This document shows positions 1 to 12,329 of a stretch of DNA of 64,000 bases, piece by piece (within the stretch, counting starts at the first letter, position 1; each line of letters opens with the position of its first letter). Source of the DNA: Anthoceros angustus (Eukaryota > Plantae > Anthocerotophyta); assembly GCA_010909165.1 (NCBI GenBank), contig MU008188.1:682001-746000 (forward strand), in the 5' to 3' direction. The notes beneath the pieces were generated by a model. The model did not search any database and was not told where the DNA came from. It was given only the letters and a program-made list of their open reading frames with translations. Position numbers and translations under genes: made by a program.

Positions 1-1338
1 TGCATACTTCTACCACGCGCCCGGGTGTGGGGTTGGCTCCCTATTATCGGAGGCGACTTTGGAGGAGTTGAGCGAGGAGGAGGTCCAGCTTGGGTGGACG
101 AGGAACCGTGTAATCCTCGGCAATAGGCCCGGAAGATGCGGAAGCCCAGGGTACACCTCAAATTCGACGTCCAGCAGTGGCGTGAGGTGGAAGTAGTGTG
201 GGAGAACCGTCCGACCGTGGCGGGAGAGCTCGTGTGGCGGCAATGGAGGGAGGGCCGGGGCCAAGTCGAGGTAGGAGCGGGCGTGTGAGGTGGTAGCAAC
301 CTAAAGATAATTTGGTTAGGATGTTTGGACCTAGGATCTCCGGTGTGGGCGCGTCCCGCGATAGCCATCTTAGGACCTAAAAATCCGGCAGGTGCCCCAC
401 CGATGTATAAGAGGGGCGAATAGGTCCCTCACGCCGATAACTCCCGGTTGAGATCCCCACTGTGGGTGGTTGGAGACGTCCGTCGAGGTGGTGCGTGACG
501 CTCCTAGGGGTGGTCGAGAGCTTGCTCCATGGGAGGAGGTGATAAAGCAATCTTGCGACAAAGGAGGAGGAAACCAAGGGATTGGCGCGGGGTCTGGAGC
601 TTGCTCCGCCGTGGCCTGGGGTTCTTCTTTCCTTCACACTTGTCCCTAGTTGTGTTCAAATTAGAGAGAAGTGTTGAGTGGATGGTTGGAAGCTGCGGCG
701 AGTTGAGGGAGAGAGAGAGAGAGGAGAAGATTGGGTGAAGGAGTGACTAAACACCGCTGCGCGAGGTGTGAGAGGGGTTGAGAAGGGAACTAATTGAGAG
801 ACTAGCGTGGAGATTTGTGTGAATCCAAAAGAAACCAAACGGCTGGTGGAAGTGCAAGGGGAACAGTTCCTTGTAAAATGTGTGAGTGTGGCGCCTTTGT
901 GTGTGTGAGCGGTGAGGGATTTGTGGAATTTAGGTCCCTAGGAATCGGGGTGTGTGTGCATGAAGTGTGGAGTGCAGAATAAAGCCGGATCCGTGCAGTG
1001 TGGGCCGTGGCGAGGATCCGCGGCGCCGTCGGAAATAAGTCGCTAGGGTTTGGTGTGGGACCCACCTCGGTGGCAACTACCTAGTGGTGAGCCACGCGGT
1101 CGTGGAATAAGATTTGCGGTCGTGGAATAAGAGTCGTGGTAGCTAGACAAGTCGGGGTAGTAGTGGTTGAGTAGATAGGTAAGAGGAGTAGCAAGTAAGT
1201 CTTGACTTAGGTGAAGGTCGAGCGATAGAAGTTAGCGCTCTTGGCACAAACCATTCCCTTGGGAGCGAATCCTAAGCCTACAAGACATTGAGGGTGAATG
1301 GACCTCACGGTGTCCCGGACACGAATCCACACTCCACA
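1..1338 (+). repeat. Element 1 5' LTR (3' part only)
   Basis: Matches 9554-10933, ends in CA, immediately followed by the PBS. Confidence 0.9.
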
Positions 1339-1355
1339 TTTTGCGCCGTCGGGAA
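1339..1355 (+). promoter_or_regulatory. Primer-binding site, element 1 (degenerate)
   Basis: ttttgcgccgtcgggaa directly after the LTR; degenerate version of the PBS at 23332-23353. Confidence 0.8.
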
Positions 1356-1789
1356 TGGAATGCATCAAGGACGTAGGTAGAACTAACCATAGCTTAAGTA
1401 GAGTCTAGCATTACTAGATTGATGGATGCCTCGGGTGGAGACAAGCGATCTGTGGGGAAACGCAAGACGGCAAGGCAACGCATGGAAAGATTGCAGAGAG
1501 TTACGAGGAGAGCACGGCGGAGATCACACTGTTGGACGAGGAAGAGGGGCGGAGTCAACTCGGAACTAGGGATCGATCTTATCATTGATTCCCAACTCTC
1601 GACTACGAAGCACAAGGGGCCAGTACCCGATTCCACCTTGTCTTTTGATCTCGCTCCAGTGCCTAGACCACGCGGTCCATCGAACTCGTGAATGTAGAGG
1701 TCATCAGCGTAGTGGCGCGTCAACTACGCATCGTTGAAAGTACTACCCGGTAGTTATGGCGATCTCGTGCTTGTTACTACAATCTTACC

Positions 1790-4700
1790 CGCTGTATGGA
1801 GAAAAGAAGGGCCATGAGGATCCCGACGAGTTTGTCGAGCGTTTTGAGCGTTGACGCCAACCGTGAGGATGCGATCGTGCCCATTGCTTTATGGAGTCTT
1901 ACGCGGAGCGCGGCCAAGTGGTACAAGCGGGAGTACATAGCACCCACCTACTTTTGGGGCCTTGAGAGCTTTTGTGAAAGGTTCGGAGGGTCGATGTGGA
2001 AGGATATGTCTTGTCCAAACTCGAGGGGATGGAGAGGAAGAAGGAGACCGCAGCTTATGTGGAAAGGTTCCACACCTACGGATCGGGGTCCGTCCGCTAG
2101 CTAATGGCCATTTGGTTTGCAAGAGGATTGGCGCGGAGATGGGAAGGCACGTGCGTCTCAGTGAGAAAGATTTGGATCGGGCGAAAAACTCGAACTATGA
2201 GGAGTCCAACGCGGAAGAGAAGAAGAACTCGAACAAGGGCACGGAAGGACAAAAGAAATACAAAAGAAGAAGAAGTACTATTCGTCCTCCGATGGCAGTT
2301 CCGGAGGAGGATAGTTTTCAAGACTCCTCGGGTAGCTCCACGGAAGAGGAGACCAAGAGGATTCGGAGGAGAATTCGTAAGGTGAGCGCAACCAAGGGAT
2401 AGAAGGAAGAAGGGAAAAATGACGAAACAAGACGACGTGCAAAAGGAGCGCTATATGCACGAAAGGACGGAGCAGTGAGAAGAGAGGTGGAAAGCGCAAA
2501 AAGTGGAGCAACAAGGGAACAAGATGGAGGAAATGATGGTCGAGAAACTCCATCTTAATGCCATCAAGGACCATGATAGAAGAAGGGTTGCTCAGCGCGG
2601 GCGAATCTCTTCGCTCAACTTGTGGACAGTAGGGCACTCGAGGTCGAACAAACAAAAGTGCAACCATCGGCTACGAGGAGAGGATGAGGAGATGTGCTTG
2701 GAAGATACATACCAAATTCAAGAGGCAACACCGATCTCTGGTACCAAAACTTTGTACTCGAGTTTCGAAACCCCACGTGCATGGGCATTCGCAATCGATG
2801 GCAAGGAACCCGCAAATGAGTGCCGCCCGGTGTTACAATTGCCGAGGGTTCGCATCTTGCCTGGATGCCCCTCCGCATCTCGCCGGAATGGTGATTTTGA
2901 AAGGTCGTGTGGACCGCAAGCAATCGGTCACGTGGCCGGCACTCCTGCCGGACACCGAAAAAACAGTGAGGATCGCTCAACCTCCGGTTACGGCGACCCA
3001 CCCGCACAAAGAAAGCCCGGCAATGCAAGTCGATGCGCCATGGTATGGGAGGATTCCGAGGCCGGTGTCGAGGAGCCCGGAAGGGTTGGGGATGTGGATA
3101 GTGGGTATTACGGAACTCCTGCGATGGGCTCGGAGGAGAGGAAGGCGGACACCCTAAGAAGGGGAGCGAGGGAAAAAAGGAAGAAGAAGAGTGGGAGCTT
3201 CCATAACGTCCGCAAGTGAGGAGGAAGAGGCGTCTTCATCGCGGGAAGGAAGAAGTCCAACCACAAAAGGCGACGAGGGACTCGGATGGGAGTCGAAAAA
3301 AAGGGCATGCGAATCCATGGACGGGAGCAAGGCCACACTTAACGCGAGGTTGCGATTTGGATGGCATCACGTGTAACTCCCTTAGCCGAGACCGCTGGAT
3401 TCGAGGGTGAAGTGCAAAACGAGGAGACGGACGGTGGGACTCGAGTCGACACATGGGGCGAAAAACCCGCAAGAGGAAAAAAGGATGAGTCGGCGTTTCC
3501 GCCCGATGTCAGGGGGAAGGTTATGGATATGATCCGACAAGAACGAACAGACTCAACATCGTACCTTTTGGACCCACGACCCACCTCCACTCTGTTTCAA
3601 CGACCCTCAACTACATGACTGAAATGACGGTGGGGTTGGCAAGGAGAAAGCAGAAAAAGCACAGTGTTCCTTTCAATTTGGCGGGCGCTATCATGGACCA
3701 AAAGTTCATGATAACTTGAACGACTTCTCGTGGACAATCCGCGGCGCACCAAAGTGGGGCATTGAAGGCGGCAAGAAGAGAGACCTTTCCACCCCAAGGC
3801 CGAAATCCCTTCTGTGAATATGGTGGCCATGATGGACTGTGGTCTGAGCTACTGAGATAGAAATTGCGGGATGTGTAATCAAGAAGGTGCCGCTAGATTA
3901 GTCGAGTCAACATCATGACAGAGGAGACCGCTAAGCTTGGGTTGCGAGATAGAACATACATCAAAGGTGTTGCTGGCGGACATGTCCAAAATGGCGGAGG
4001 GAGTTGAGTCCTAACCCATATTGGTACCATTCCGTACCTCATGGACTACGTGGTCATTAAACAAAAAGCGCCAGGGTATGAGGTTCTCATTGGACGAACA
4101 TGGATGTACGGGGCACGTTGCACCTTCAAATGGGCGAGAAAGGAAGTGGGATTCAAACCTCTGGACTGGGACCCCAAAATTAAGGAGGGGAGGATATGTT
4201 TGACTTGGAGCAGAGATACGTGCAGGGAGACACCCACGGAGGGATACACCTCTCAAGATACCTCTGGGAGAGGATGAGAAGGAGAAATTCCCATTCGCAT
4301 ATTTCGTGGTCGATGAAGAGGACGATTAGAGAGATATTCCCCATTCCATCAACCTATTAGGGTGCTATGGAGTCACAATTGACAACCCGGTGGTCGGGGA
4401 GAAGACGGAGGTCGAGGCAGAAGTAGAGGTGGGTGAGCCGGGACGGCCCGACAAACTTCGGAGGGTGCGAGGAGGGTGTCTCACGCTTTACCTCGACGAC
4501 CTATTCCGGAATGGGGAATGCGCCAAGGAGAACCAAGACATGGAGGAAGGGTTCGCATCACATCCGCCCGGTGGAGAGAGAGTGGTGCAGACGGATGAGG
4601 TCAAGGATGTGGAAGTGTTGCCCGGCAAGGTCCTTAAGTTTTAGGATGAATGCACTTGGAAAGGGGTATGAAACAATTCGGAATTTATCCACGTTTTGCT

Positions 4701-7170
4701 TTTGACGTTACGACATGAAGGGTATACCGAGGGAGTGGGGAGCACAAGATTGATCTCGAGCCGTGCGGTCAATCTGCAATACAAGCTAAATCCAAAGTAT
4801 TGAAGGTAAAGGAACAATTGAGCTTTACTTGTATATATATCCTATTGTGACATCGGAGTGGGTAGCCCCAATTGTGGTGGTTCCCAAAGCGTAAGGGAAG
4901 ATACGGTCCGATTGGAGGAAGTTAAACAAGGTGACCAAAAAGACCATTACCCGCTTCCATTCATAGACAACATCGGACTTAGTTGGGAGAATGGTCTACT
5001 CTCGGATGGGTATTCGGTATAATCACATCTCGTGGAGAGTGATTGGCCCCAAGCCTTCACTACATCGGGAACCTATGCCTACAAACGGAGTGCGTTCGGA
5101 TTAACAGGGGCACCAGGATCCTTCATGCGGACAGTTGTCAAGATTTTCAAGGAATACCTTAGGGACTTCATGGAGGTCTTCCTGGATGACTTCTGCGTGT
5201 TTGGAGCAGCGAAAGATCACCTCAACCACCTTCGCAAATGTCTGGAACGGTGTCAACAGACCCAATTGTGTCTACATCCCGAGAAATGTTATTTCGGCAT
5301 GCCAGAGGGTATTTTGTTGGGGCACCGATTTGCGGGGATAGAGGTCGACCGGATAAGGTCAAAATCATTACCGCCTCAAGCCACCTACCACATCAAGGAG
5401 CTTAGGGATTCCTCGGAATGGTAGGCTATTATCGAAGGTTTGTGAAGAATTTCTCCGTAAGGCGGCTCGCTTCCGCAAGGACCAGAGTGGGAATGGACGC
5501 AAAAAGAGGAGGCCTTCAATGATCTTCGCACCACCGATCACAAAGACCGCTGGGGCCACGAACAAGAAGTTCCACGTGTTTGTAGACGTTTCGCCTATGC
5601 AATCGGTACCATTCTAAGCCAAAGGGATGACAAGAAGCACGATTATCCAATCTATTATGCGAGGCAGCTCGACGCAGAAGAAAGTATACCACCAAGAGGG
5701 AGGCGCTGGGATGGTGTACTCGGTTCAAGTTTCGCTATTTGCTATCCTACGAGTTCGTCTTCCATGTGGACCACTTCGCCTCAAACACCGTAAACAAAAC
5801 CGACTTGTCGGACGCGCGCAAGATGGATCCTACTCCCAAGAATTCACGCTCACGGTGGAGACCAGGAGGAGTAAACATGTGAATGCAGATTACATTTCGA
5901 GGTGAACAGAGGAGGTTACAGACCAAAACGACGATTTTCCGATGAAGCTCGTTCGCGAGTTAGAGCGCACCATAAGGCGAGGGTAAATGGTGGCTCGGCA
6001 GAAATGAGAAGGGAGAACGGATACACAAGGCCCACTCACGAGGAGATGATGGAATTCTTGGAACGGGAAAAATACCCGGATCTTTCAAACCCCAGTGCGT
6101 TTAGGCACTATTCGCGCTTGTACGACGCAAAGACAATCTCAGATCGGGACCGGATGGGGCAGTTATGGGTAACAAAGGAGCAGTTATCCGAAAGTCTTGT
6201 GAGATGCACGAGGGGAAGCGGAGGACATTTTTTGCACATATCACGTGCAAGAAGGTGCTTGAAACGGGTATGGTGGCAAACCATGCATCGGATGCTAGGA
6301 GTTTGTTAAACGCGCTGCGATGCGCCGAGGGTTGGGAAAAACCGGCAACCACTCAATGGCCAATGGTTCCGATATTGGCCCGCGCCATTCGAGAAATGGG
6401 GAATAGACTTTGTTGGTCCCATACAAAAAACGAGACGCGACAAAACCAATACATCCTCGTGGTACAGACTATTGCACGCGTATGGTGGAAGCCCAAGCCG
6501 CAGTAGACACACTCATGTAGTGGCCAGTTCCTCTATGAAGATTATCACTCGATATGGTCGTCCTTGGAGCTTGTCGTGACGGAGGGTCACATTTTCCGGT
6601 TATATCTCATATGATCTACTACTTCAACGCAGAAAACGACTTATAATCCCAAGGCAAATGGCTTAACGGAAAAGGCGAATGGGCTCTTGTGGGATCCTCA
6701 ACAAGCTAACGGTGGAATACGCGTCGGGATCTTAAGCTTCACTCCGCTCGGGCATACAGGATCGCAGAAAATAACAACGCAACAAACACCGTACTACCTC
6801 ACCCTGGCCATTCTCCTGCCTATTGAGTTTGAAATTCCACCGCGTATCAGAAACTAACCGCATGGCGAGAGGAAAGTCACTGGAACGCCTCGTCGCGCTA
6901 AACATAGGATAGGGAGCAGGCGTTGAGCGTCATGCGGATATTCAGCGAAACGGAAAATATGGCATGACAATCGGTTCGGAAGCAAGAGTGGGTAGTTCCG
7001 GTGACTTGGCCTGTTGCGACAATAGGTACATGCACTTTCCGGCAAGCTCCACCTTCGATGGATGGGGCCATATAGGGTTCTCAAGTCTTCAAATGGATCA
7101 AGCCGCAAGAACTAGGTGGCTCCACTACCAACCCGAGTCAATGGGTGGAGGGTCAAGAAGTATTATACAT
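1790..7170 (+). pseudogene. Element 1 gag-pol, frameshifted
   Basis: gag-like EDPDEFVERF ~1815; Zn-knuckle remnants (CYNC ~2830); protease region with YEVLIGRTW ~4080; RT FMEVFLDDFCVFG ~5170-5205; RNase H end KHVNADYISR ~5875-5900; integrase GGHF ~6220 and PFEKWGIDFVGP ~6385-6420. Confidence 0.92.
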
Positions 7171-7193
7171 AAGTTGGCGAGGGGCCAACAAAT

Positions 7194-7205
7194 GAGAAGG
7201 GAGTA
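7194..7205 (+). promoter_or_regulatory. Polypurine tract, element 1
   Basis: gagaagggagta just before TGTAGA; same position relative to the integrase end as in elements 2 and 3. Confidence 0.75.
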
Positions 7206-10200
7206 TGTAGATCGACTTGAAACCCCTGTGGGACGTGCCAAGTGTTTTTGTTTTTTGGGAGTGGTGTGAAAATAAGTGTTGGTAGGGGATATTTATAGTA
7301 AAAATGTCCTTGGCCTATGGAGTTCTTTTCTTGTTTTATTTTTAGGTTAGAAAATAAATGGTCCGAATTTGGTGTTCCTTGGCCCATGGACTCGGAATGT
7401 TCCCTAAAAAGTCTATATATGTGAGATAGGGGGGTTTGGAATAATTAGAGAGTCTATAAGTTGGGGTCGACCAAGCGGTAGAATGAGTGTGGGTTGTGGA
7501 TTGGGATGTGGGAAGCGGTCGAGAGGTCGAACAGAGTAGGGGAACAGGAAACTTAACCCTAGGAAATGAGAATCCGTTCAAACAACGGGCGGGGGCGGGA
7601 GGCGGAGCGAGCGCGGCGACGGTGGCCGAAGTCGAGGAGGCGTCGGGGCACCGCGATCGCAGGAGGCGCGAGGCGCAGCGAAGGAGCTCCGAACCCCCAT
7701 CGCGATCGCGAAGCAGAGGAGGAAGGCGCGGCAGCCGCGCCCTTGAGGAGGTAGGAACCACAGGCCCGACCCCCAGAAATTCGCAGCAGGTGGCGTTGGT
7801 TTGTGGCGCGAGACCGGAACCGTGAGAGGGATGGCGCCCAAGGTCACCACCGAAATTGTGCTTGCAATGGCCGAACATGGATCATTGGAAAGTTCGGAGG
7901 AGGCGTGAAGGAGTCAAGCCGGGTTTCATGGAAGAGCGGTGGAATTACATGAACACAGGACTGGGTGCAGTGCGCGCCACCAAGGACAACACAGGGGATT
8001 TAGAGCGAAGCCGCAGGATTGGGACCTGGAGTGGTTAGAAGGGTGTATGAAGCAAGGAGGAGGCGGGCGGTTGGTGATGGAGCCGTCCGAAAAAGAAGCC
8101 GTTAAAGCGGGCGTATTAACAGCAACTGGTTGACGAGGGATTTGGCAACCTTGATGGGTCGCGTGGCTCCTATGTTTCGCACAAGAAGCGGGATTATTTG
8201 TCGACCACTTGCCGTTCCTTCATGAAGTGGTCAAGGGGCGAAGATCGATTGGGCGAATTCTCTTGACAAGTTGTGTGAAGAGAGGTTGAACTATTTCCTC
8301 CCTCGGCCTCTCTAATCTCACCATTTCGTCCATCTTTATGTTTACGCTGCGCGAGGTGGAGATTGTAGCCTCCTCCACATGTGGAAGCCGGTTAGGGAGG
8401 TGAAATGGAAGGCGGAGGAGCCCAAGGAGGAAAAATCGGATAGGAGTCGGTGGCGCAGGCGGTTCGGAGGAGGAAATTCCCACCAGAAAGGAGGAAGACC
8501 GGGGTGAAAGGGCATCGAAAAGGTGAAGGCGGATGCGTCTGGCGTCAGCAGGCGCCGCTAGAAATGAAAGCCAAACGGCGGTTGAGGTGGAGGAAGAGGC
8601 GCGATCCGAGGACAATTTTGACTGGATGCGAGATGATGAATCAACTCCGGAGGGTTTAGGGCGACCTCGAGGCGGACCCTCCTCGGCATGGGAAGAGATT
8701 TTCAAGGGGACTCCCAGCGGTGGATGCAAATTGGTGAGGGTGCGCACCTGGGAGGAAAGTTCTCGAGAGGGATGGCGTCGGGCGGGCCGCACAAGTGGAC
8801 TTGCGGGTGACCGCGTCGATGATCCGGGCCCAAGCATTTGTTGGATCAAGCGGCTTTAGCTCTCACCGCTCTGTGCAGGCGGGAGGAAGTGGTGAAGGCC
8901 AGTTTGTGAAGAGGAGGCCAAGCGCAAGCAACGGAGGAAGACAAGCGGAACCTAGGAAATAAGGGCCAAGATTCAAGAAGATTTGTGCAGGCCTGGAGAA
9001 GTTGCAAGCCATGACGAGCAGGAAGCACTCATGGCTCAAATTAAGGATGCCCACGAGGCGAACCAGAGATGCAGGGGAGTTGTTGCGAGCCCAGAGCGAA
9101 GCGGCCTCGGTGGAAAAGGCCCATAAGCGGAGCGATATATAAGGAGGATGAGGCACGGGGCCGAGAAAAGACAAAGGGAAGGGCGGGGTAGCAGGACCAC
9201 ATGAGTAGCGGAAGGCCTACAGCGGAAGGAAGCAAGCAGGTGGAAACCTCACCTACATGTTCTTTGAGCGAACGACGTCGTGGAGTCCACTACATGTAGT
9301 CGGCACCGACATTGGCGCAACCAACCCGGCGGGCGGGCGGGCGGCAGGGTGCGACGTGGCGCCTCGCGAGGACAGCAACGGTGTAGCCTACGGAGGAGGG
9401 GTAAGCACCTCACCGCTAGGGTCCTATTATTACGGCACATGGATGAGGAAACTTATGTGCTGGTCTATATGTGAATGGAGAACGCGCTTAACCTCACCAT
9501 GTGCGTGTGGAAATAGGAGGGATCGGGGGCCTACCCTGCAAGTGAGGACCCGGTGCATACTTCTACCATGCGCCGGGTGTGGGGTTGGCTCCCTATTATG
9601 CAGGCGACTTTGGAGGAGTTGAGCGAGGAGGAGGTCCAGGCTTGGGTGGACGAGGAAGTAATAATCCTCAGCAATAGGCGGCCAGCGGAAGATGCGGAAG
9701 CCCAGGGGTACACCTCAAATTCGGACGTCCAGCAGTGACAGTGAGGTGGAAGTAGTGTGGGAGAACCTGTCCACCAGCGTGGCGGGAGCTCGTGGCGGCA
9801 ATGGAGGACGTGGGGCAGCGTCGAGGTAGGCGCGGATAGCGTGAGGTGGTGGTAGCAACCTAAAGATAATTTGGTTAGGATCTTGCCGACCTAGGATCGC
9901 TCCGAATTGTGGCGCGTCCCTTCGTGATAGCCATCTTAGGACCTAAAAATCCGGGGGCGGCACCGATGTATAAGAGGGGCGTAGGTCCCTCACGCCGAGA
10001 CTCTGGTTGAGATCCCCACGCTGCTGGCTGGTTGGAGACGTCCGATTGACGGTGGTGTGTGAGGCGCTCCTAGGGGTGGTCGAGAGCTTGCTCCTGGGAG
10101 GAGGGGTGATAAAGCAATCTTGGCGACAAAGGAGGAGGAAACCAAGGGATTGGCGCGGGCGGGTCGGAGCTTGCTCGTGCGCTGACGCCTGGGGTTCTTC

Positions 10201-10933
10201 TTTCCTTCACACTTGTCCCTGCTAGTTGTGTTCCGAATTAAGCGAGAAGTGTTGAGTGGATGGTTGGAAGCCTGCGGGCGAGTTGAGAGAGAGAGAGGGG
10301 GGGGAAGATTGGGTGAAGGAGTGACTAAACACTGTACGCGATGCGAGGTGTGAGAGGGGTTGAGAAGGGTACTAATTGAGAGGCTAGCAGTGGAGATTTG
10401 TGTGAATCCAAAAGAAACCGGTTCTGGTGGAAGCGTGCGCAAGGGGGCAGTTCCTTGTAAAGTTGTGTGAGTGTGGCGCCTTTGTGTGTGTGTGGAGCGG
10501 TGAGGATTTGTGGAATTTAGGTCCCTAGGAATCGGTGTGTGTGTGCATGAAGTGTGGAGTCACGAGAATAAAGCCGGATCGTGCCGCAGTGGGCCGTGGC
10601 GGGGATCCGCGCTTGCCCGGAAATAAGTCGCTAGGGTTTGGGTGTGGGACCCACCTCGTGGTCAGCAACTACCCTTGAGTGAGACCATGTCGTGGAATAA
10701 GTTGCGGTCGTGGAATAAGAGGCATGGTAGCTAGACAAGTCGGGGTAGTAGTGGTTGAGGATAGGTAAGAGGAGTAATAGCAAGTAAGTCTCACTTAGGT
10801 GAAGGTCGATGGCGATAGAAGTTAGCGTCTCTTGGCACAAACCATTCCCTTGGGAGCGAATCCTAAGCCTACAACGACATTGAGGGCGAATGTGGACCTC
10901 ACGGTGTCCCTGGACACAAATCCACACTCCACA
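7206..10933 (+). repeat. Element 1 3' LTR (~3.7 kb)
   Basis: TG start after PPT, CA end; last ~1.4 kb repeats 1-1338. The start is inferred from the PPT and by analogy with element 3, because the matching part of the 5' LTR is outside the window. Confidence 0.75.
7566..9250 (+). pseudogene. LTR-embedded accessory ORF, family 1 (frameshifted)
   Basis: Pieces KRDYLS..EVVKG.KIDW (~8185-8255) and SNL..F.VHLY (~8310-8340), then charged low-complexity and coiled-coil-like sequence. Same motif order as in the other LTR families. Confidence 0.6.
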
Positions 10934-11626
10934 TGCTTGGTGGAGGACTTGCTCGCTGCAAGTGCCTAAACGAGTTGCTCCCCTTGTGAATGGTTGCTGT
11001 GAAATTGCTTTGCTTTGGGTGTGTGGCAATGCCCAGGCTCGGCTTGAGGGTAGACTACAGGGAAAGACTCCCTGGAGGTTCTCGCGTGTCAAACTCATAG
11101 CAACCAAGGAAGAACTTCTGGTGGACCCAGGCGGTTGTCGTGAGGGCGAGTCAAGCCGAAAGAGGTTAGAATAGGAGGAAGAGGATGAGGAGATGAGTAG
11201 AGGATTAGAGGTGTAGGTGTTAGTGGAAGGCCACAGAGGCGAGCCTAAGGGACGAATCCCAAATGCAAGTAAAGCGCTCCCGAGTGGAGAAGAGTGGTCT
11301 TAGAAGTAGGGACGAAATTGCGGTGTGGATCGGGGGTCCCTGGCGCCGTGATAGGCTCCTGCTAAGGCGGGACCGCAATTGTGTTGTGTCGTTGTAGGTC
11401 GGATTGGTGATTTTGGCGGTGCAAGTGGGGCAGCAGTAAGAGGGAGAGTAGAGGGCGCCTTGCTTGTTTAGAAGGTCGAGAAGTTGTGTCTGCGGTGTAG
11501 CGGTCATCACAAGACCTCGAACTTTCACACAAGTCTCATGGGACGAAACCCAACGTCTGAGCGGCGGTGGGATAAGTGTGGCCGCTATAGTGGGAGGACT
11601 CGGAGTGCCCGGGTTTTCCTACCACA
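10934..11626 (+). repeat. Element 2 5' LTR, terminal part
   Basis: End region (gggataagtgtggcc...cctaccaca) resembles the family 3 LTR end; followed by PBS ttttggcgcgcggga at 11627-11641. Confidence 0.8.
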
Positions 11627-12329
11627 TTTTGGCGCGCGGGATTTGTTGTTGAAAGTTTGAAGTTGTGGTTTCCATCGCTAGGCTGCAGTGTTTTCAAAGG
11701 GAGGGTCGACCATATGTTGTGAAGGAAGAAGCCGCCTAAGTTGTCATAGGGTGAGAATGGTTGAGACACTAAAGGGTGTGGGTTGCTTCCTTAACAACAG
11801 TGGGTTGGAGGACATGAGGATGGCTTGCGGATGTCGGTAGGGGACGATCTCGGGGAGCGGAGATCACCCCGCCGCAAGAGATTTGAGCCTTGAGGAATCG
11901 TGGAAGAAGATTGGCGCCCTCGTCGACAAGGAGGAAGGCGGCGACGGAGGAGGCCGGCTCGGCGGCGGAGGAGAGACGGGAGTGGGAGGAGGAGGTGGAG
12001 GAGGCCGGAGGAGGAAGGGTCGTGGAGGAAGTGTTGGTGTCGGGAGCGAGGAGACATCCTCTCCCGAGCACTTTGCGACGTCAGTTTCCACGACGCTTTG
12101 ACCTTGAGGCGTTCCACATCGCCTCCGTGACGGCGACGAGGTCGTGTGAGGGGCCAGTCGGAGGACTTGGCGAGCGCCTCGATCGATCAATCGGTCGATC
12201 TTTGGGACGGACCACAGGAGGTCGCTACTCCTCTGGCGGTTGATTTCACCAAAGATCCCGAACTTTCGGTCCCAGGAAGAAGAAGCATAGGGCAGGGCTC
12301 GACGAGCAACATGAGTGGAGTTGGTGGAG

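Larger units (their letters stand above)
1..10933 (+). mobile_element. Ty3/gypsy LTR retrotransposon, element 1 (non-chromovirus, Athila-like PBS); 5' LTR cut by window edge
   Basis: 1-1338 is a direct repeat of ~9554-10933, both ending ...tccacactccaCA. PBS follows the first copy. gag-PR-RT-RH-INT order inside. PPT then TG at 7206. Confidence 0.93.

Noticed and set aside
1097-1132. Short tandem repeats (gcggtcgtggaataaga x2; also AG runs near 707 and cctaccacggta x2 near 39941) as a CRISPR-like array
   Set aside because: Only two units, no spacers, eukaryotic LTR context and no cas genes.
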